A stretch of 64,000 nt of DNA from NCBI GenBank assembly GCA_947588645.1, contig CANPYO010000002.1, positions 11,864-75,863 on the forward strand, given 5' to 3'. Below, piece by piece: positions 60,334-64,000 of the stretch. The position numbers and the translations under genes are program-made. This DNA is from an uncultured Akkermansia sp. (GTDB lineage Bacteria > Verrucomicrobiota > Verrucomicrobiia > Verrucomicrobiales > Akkermansiaceae). The notes beneath the pieces are model-generated. The model was not told the origin of the DNA. It made no database searches and saw nothing but the letters and a program-made list of their open reading frames with translations. Within the stretch, counting starts at the first letter, position 1; each line of letters opens with the position of its first letter.

Positions 60334-61134
60334 TTAGTCTTTTGCCGTGCCCCAGCGGCGGTGTAACCACATTTCTGCCGGGGAGAAAATAAGTTTATCC
60401 GCGAGCAGACCGACCAGAATGATGATGAACATGACACCTACAACCTGGTGCATGCGTTGCAGTTCACGTCCGTAGTGCAGGTATTGCCCGATGCCGAAAC
60501 CGGAGATGACCGACACGTAGATTTCTGCCGCCATGAGCGAACGCCATGCGAAGGCCCAGCCCTGTTTCATGCCACTCACCACAAAAGGAGCAGATGCCGG
60601 CAGTGTGACAAAAAGCAGGGTATGCAGCGGAGAAGAGCCCATCGTGCTTGCGGCCCGAGCGTAGATGGGCGGCACATTGCGAATGCCGTTTTCGGTGGAG
60701 AGCAGCACACTCCACAGCGTTCCCATGATCACAACAAAGAGGAGCGCGGATTCCGTCTGTCCAAACCAGATACAGGCCAGAGGCACCCAGCACACGCTCG
60801 GCAGACCTTGAAAACCGAGGCCGAGTACGCCCACGGTATTGCGCATCATTCGAAACCGCGCCGCAAGCATGCCGAGAGGCACCCCAATGAGCAGACCGAT
60901 GGCGTAGCCAATGAGGAGACGCCGCAGCGTGATAAGCATGGAGAGCGGCAGTTTGCCATTCATGGTGTTGTCCCATAGATACTGAGCCACCAAACTGGGA
61001 GAGGGCAACACGTAGGGCGACCACAATGTGCAGTGGATGCCCAGAAAATCGAGATCCCCCGTGATTCCTGCCCAGATGAGAACGAGCAGGAGGAAGAAGA
61101 TGAGCGTTTGTACGATGTTTTTCATTTGTACCAT
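60334..61134 (-). CDS. ABC transporter permease, nitrate/sulfonate (SsuC/TauC) family
   Basis: LPSP, YARAASTMGSS EAA-like loop and WRSLMAAE. Confidence 0.9.
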   Translation of the reverse strand: MVQMKNIVQTLIFFLLLVLIWAGITGDLDFLGIHCTLWSPYVLPSPSLVAQYLWDNTMNGKLPLSMLITLRRLLIGYAIGLLIGVPLGMLAARFRMMRNTVGVLGLGFQGLPSVCWVPLACIWFGQTESALLFVVIMGTLWSVLLSTENGIRNVPPIYARAASTMGSSPLHTLLFVTLPASAPFVVSGMKQGWAFAWRSLMAAEIYVSVISGFGIGQYLHYGRELQRMHQVVGVMFIIILVGLLADKLIFSPAEMWLHRRWGTAKD

Positions 61135-61137
61135 GGG

Positions 61138-61950
61138 TTAGTCACATTCGCCGGCTTCGTTGTACCCCTTCAGAGCCGCAGTGATGCGCTGCGAGAGGTC
61201 AGCCAGGTCGTGATCGTTGATGTTGCGTAAGCGGGGTAGGGATACTTTAAACTCCTCGCGAATGCGTCCCGGATGGGGAGTGAAGAGGAGCACACGATCA
61301 CCGAGACACACGGCTTCGCGCACGTTATGCGTCACAAAAATGATAGTTTTTTTGCGTTTCTGCCAAATATCCTGAATATCGCCGTAGAGTTGCTCACGGG
61401 TCATAGCATCAAAGGCGGAAAACGGTTCGTCCATCAGTAAAATTTTTGGATTGGGAGCGAGAGACCGAGCTAAGGCCACACGTTGCTTCATGCCGCCGGA
61501 CAGTTCGTGAATGTTAGCATGTGCAAAATTGTCCATCTTGACGAGATAGAGGTAGTATTTAGCTACTTCGAGCCTCTCGTGATTGTTCAGATTCGGCTTT
61601 TGCTTGAGTCCGAACATCACGTTGCCGATGACATCCAGCCACGGGAAGAGGGCATGTTCTTGGAACATGACGAGCCTGTCGCGTCCCGGCGCAGTGATCG
61701 GAGCCCCGTTGATGAGAGCTTTTCCTCTGTCGGGTTTCTCGAGTCCGGCGATGATATTCAGCAAAGTAGATTTTCCGCAGCCACTTGGTCCCACAAAGCA
61801 GACGAACTCGCCCTCGCGGATGCTGATGGAGACATCCTGCAGTGCGACAACCGAGCCGCTCTGTGTTTCGAAGGTTTTGGTGACATTTTCTACGCTGAGT
61901 CGAGCGGTGGGGTAGTCGTGCAGCTCGGGGTGTGTGGCGTTATCAGTCAT
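61138..61950 (-). CDS. ABC transporter ATPase, nitrate/sulfonate (SsuB/TauB) family
   Basis: GPSGCGKST, LSGGMKQR, LLMDEPF and FVTH motifs. Confidence 0.93.
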   Translation of the reverse strand: MTDNATHPELHDYPTARLSVENVTKTFETQSGSVVALQDVSISIREGEFVCFVGPSGCGKSTLLNIIAGLEKPDRGKALINGAPITAPGRDRLVMFQEHALFPWLDVIGNVMFGLKQKPNLNNHERLEVAKYYLYLVKMDNFAHANIHELSGGMKQRVALARSLAPNPKILLMDEPFSAFDAMTREQLYGDIQDIWQKRKKTIIFVTHNVREAVCLGDRVLLFTPHPGRIREEFKVSLPRLRNINDHDLADLSQRITAALKGYNEAGECD

Positions 61951-62926
61951 GGCTTTTCAAGGGGGAGTATAGTATGCCTTCCAGAGGGGGCACGCGATCC
62001 AGCAAATCCGCAGCTTGTGCGTCTTTGACAAATTGACGCAATCCTGCCAGATCAATTTCATTAGTGAGGGTGAGCCGTTGCCAAGCAGTGCGTACCAGCT
62101 CGAAATCCACGGGAGACTGGGTAAGTTCGCTGAGCTCCGTCGCCACACGCTGTTGGGCTTCCTGGGGGTGGGCAAGAATCCATTTTGTGAGGTCGGTGTG
62201 CGCACGAATGACGGCGGCAGCTTCTTTCTGGTGCGCTTGCAGCCAGGCCAAACGTCCGGCCAGAACGGTAGTCACAACGTTCGGCTCTTGAACCAGCAGA
62301 TGGGCTCCGGCAAGCTCTTCCATGAGCGATACCCATGGTTCTACTGTCCACGAGGCATCTAACTTGCCCTGCTTCATGAGTTGGAGTTGGAGCGAGGATG
62401 TGGTGGGGCTCACGCGTACGTCTCCGCCACCCTCCAGCGTGCAGGTGAGTCCGTTTTTTGCAAGCCAAGCGCGGCAGGATACATCCTGCGTGTTGCCGAG
62501 CTGGGGGGTGGCGATACTTTTTCCACGAAAGTCCGAGGGTCGAAGGATGCCGCTATCGGGGGCAACCAGCAACGCTGCTCCGCCATTCACAGCTCCTGTG
62601 AGCAGCCGCATTTCACGTCCGGATGATACGGCGTAGGCGTTGATAGCCGGACTCGGACCAATGTAGGTAAGATCCGCCGTGCGTCCAAAGATCGCCTCTG
62701 CCGCAGAGGGGCCGGCATTGTAAGTCTGCCACTGCACGGTGTAACCCGGCAGGTAACGCTCAAACCAGCCATTGCCTTCGCGACTCATATTCCGAGCCAC
62801 AAGAGCTTGCACATGCGTGATGTTCGGGAAAGAGCCGATGCGAATGACCTTCTCTGTGGCATCCTCACGCTGGCATGCAGGAAGCCCCAGCAGCATTGCG
62901 CCGAGTGCAATCACCCATATTCTCAT
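61943..62926 (-). CDS. ABC substrate-binding lipoprotein, SsuA/aliphatic sulfonate-like
   Basis: Lipobox LPAC; YNAGPSAAEAI, YIGPSPAINA and IATPQLGNTQD. Confidence 0.88.
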   Translation of the reverse strand: MRIWVIALGAMLLGLPACQREDATEKVIRIGSFPNITHVQALVARNMSREGNGWFERYLPGYTVQWQTYNAGPSAAEAIFGRTADLTYIGPSPAINAYAVSSGREMRLLTGAVNGGAALLVAPDSGILRPSDFRGKSIATPQLGNTQDVSCRAWLAKNGLTCTLEGGGDVRVSPTTSSLQLQLMKQGKLDASWTVEPWVSLMEELAGAHLLVQEPNVVTTVLAGRLAWLQAHQKEAAAVIRAHTDLTKWILAHPQEAQQRVATELSELTQSPVDFELVRTAWQRLTLTNEIDLAGLRQFVKDAQAADLLDRVPPLEGILYSPLKSHD

Positions 62927-63001
62927 CCTTTTCACCCTCGCAAGCATAGCAAAATTTGCACCTCGCGTCTAGTTCAGATTGTGACAAAATCTCTCCGCTC
63001 T

Positions 63002-63811
63002 TCATAAGGTGAGAGCCATGATGAACATGCCCACTGCCACACCGCAGATGGAGAGATGATGGTGTCCCCAGCGCTCAGCCATGGGCAACAATTCATCGAA
63101 AGATATGTAGACCATGATACCGGACACGACGCAGAACAGGCACGCCAGCAGCAGCCCGTTCATGTAGGGCAGCAAAATGAGCATGCAGATGACAGCTCCC
63201 AAGGGTTCGGCCATGCCGGTGAGTGTGGCTAGGCGAAATGCTTTGCCGGGCTTGCCCGTGGCGTACATGAGCGGGAGCGCAACCGCGATGCCCTCCGGTA
63301 TGTTGTGAATAGCCACTGCAAGTGCTACGGAAAAGGCTGTGTCTGTATTGTCGAAAGCAGCTGCTACGGTGGCCATACCCTCCGGAAAATTGTGGAGAGC
63401 CATGGCGAGTGCAAAGAGCAGGGCCCCGCGGCGCACATCTTCTCGCCCTGAAAATTGCCCGGTCGTGCGTACGCGTTCAAGTTCGGCAGCGTCATGAACC
63501 TCGTGGGGGTTTTCGTCCTCCGGGATCATAAAATCGATGAGCCAGGCCAGTCCCATCCCTCCGAAAAATGCTGCCATCGCAATCCACTTTTCCCCCGCCA
63601 GACCGGTAAGATTTTTCAGAGCTGTGGGCATCAGTTCCATGAATGAAATATACACCATCACCCCCGCACTTGCTCCTAGGGCAAAGGTAAGGACACGCGT
63701 GTTCGTGCGTTTCATAAAGAGGGCAACCGCTGCACCTATGCCTGTGCACAGGCCGGCCAGTAGCGATAAAATGCCACCAAGCATCAAAGGATGTAGAACA
63801 CTTGTCTCCAT
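63002..63811 (-). CDS. zupT: ZIP family zinc transporter
   Basis: SAGVMVYISF, ALHNFPEG, IHNIPEGIAVA, GMAEPLGA and GIMVYISFDELLP. Confidence 0.92.
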   Translation of the reverse strand: METSVLHPLMLGGILSLLAGLCTGIGAAVALFMKRTNTRVLTFALGASAGVMVYISFMELMPTALKNLTGLAGEKWIAMAAFFGGMGLAWLIDFMIPEDENPHEVHDAAELERVRTTGQFSGREDVRRGALLFALAMALHNFPEGMATVAAAFDNTDTAFSVALAVAIHNIPEGIAVALPLMYATGKPGKAFRLATLTGMAEPLGAVICMLILLPYMNGLLLACLFCVVSGIMVYISFDELLPMAERWGHHHLSICGVAVGMFIMALTL

Positions 63812-63863
63812 ACCAGACACCATCTTTATATCACGCAGTTAATCATCTGTCAATGTGTCGTTA

Positions 63864-64000
63864 GCACACGTGCCCCAATATAATTTTCTCCGGACCCATT
63901 CAACCCATTTCCCATGCGTTTCCTGCGGACGAAAGAAGTAGGCTTTGCAGTCGTACATCCGACATCGTACATCGTTAATGGCAACCGCATTTTTCAATTT
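63864..64000. repeat. P-family element start followed by an inverted MITE left-end remnant (runs off the window)
   Basis: GCACACGTGCCCCAATA...CATTCAACCC...GCGTTTCC...GAAGTA matches 12493 and 39985; then GTACATC heptamers and GGCAACCGCATT. Confidence 0.6.

Overview
64 kb of ordinary bacterial chromosome, about 55-60% GC. It is probably Verrucomicrobia/Akkermansia-like; this is inferred from gene content and the Verru_Chthon-A-like giant pilin-type protein, not from a search. Core genes include coaX, acpP, lepA, uppP, kdsD, nnr, rnhB, eno, pdxA, uvrB, purA, carA, thrS, infC, pgk, addAB-like and zupT, plus three tRNA genes (Thr-CGT and two Lys-CTT). There is no CRISPR array, rRNA or transposase. 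Four unusual structures stand out. (1) A family of ~235-250 bp non-autonomous elements with CAGGG-type terminal inverted repeats and 10-bp target duplications (ISAs1-like MITEs). In all four copies with a recognisable outer end, a TTGA(CA/AT) -35 box lies exactly 18 bp outside one terminus, suggesting promoter-directed insertion. (2) A 2.55 kb cassette of four membrane-anchored coiled-coil genes, present twice in inverted orientation around 12.3 kb of core genes. The copies are near-identical at the 5' end and diverge toward the 3' end, and the leader carries a pair of 19-bp inverted palindromic sites. (3) A GT25 glycosyltransferase switched out of frame at a C8 tract (likely phase variation). 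(4) Intergenic DNA built from shuffled repeat modules and heptamer microsatellites.
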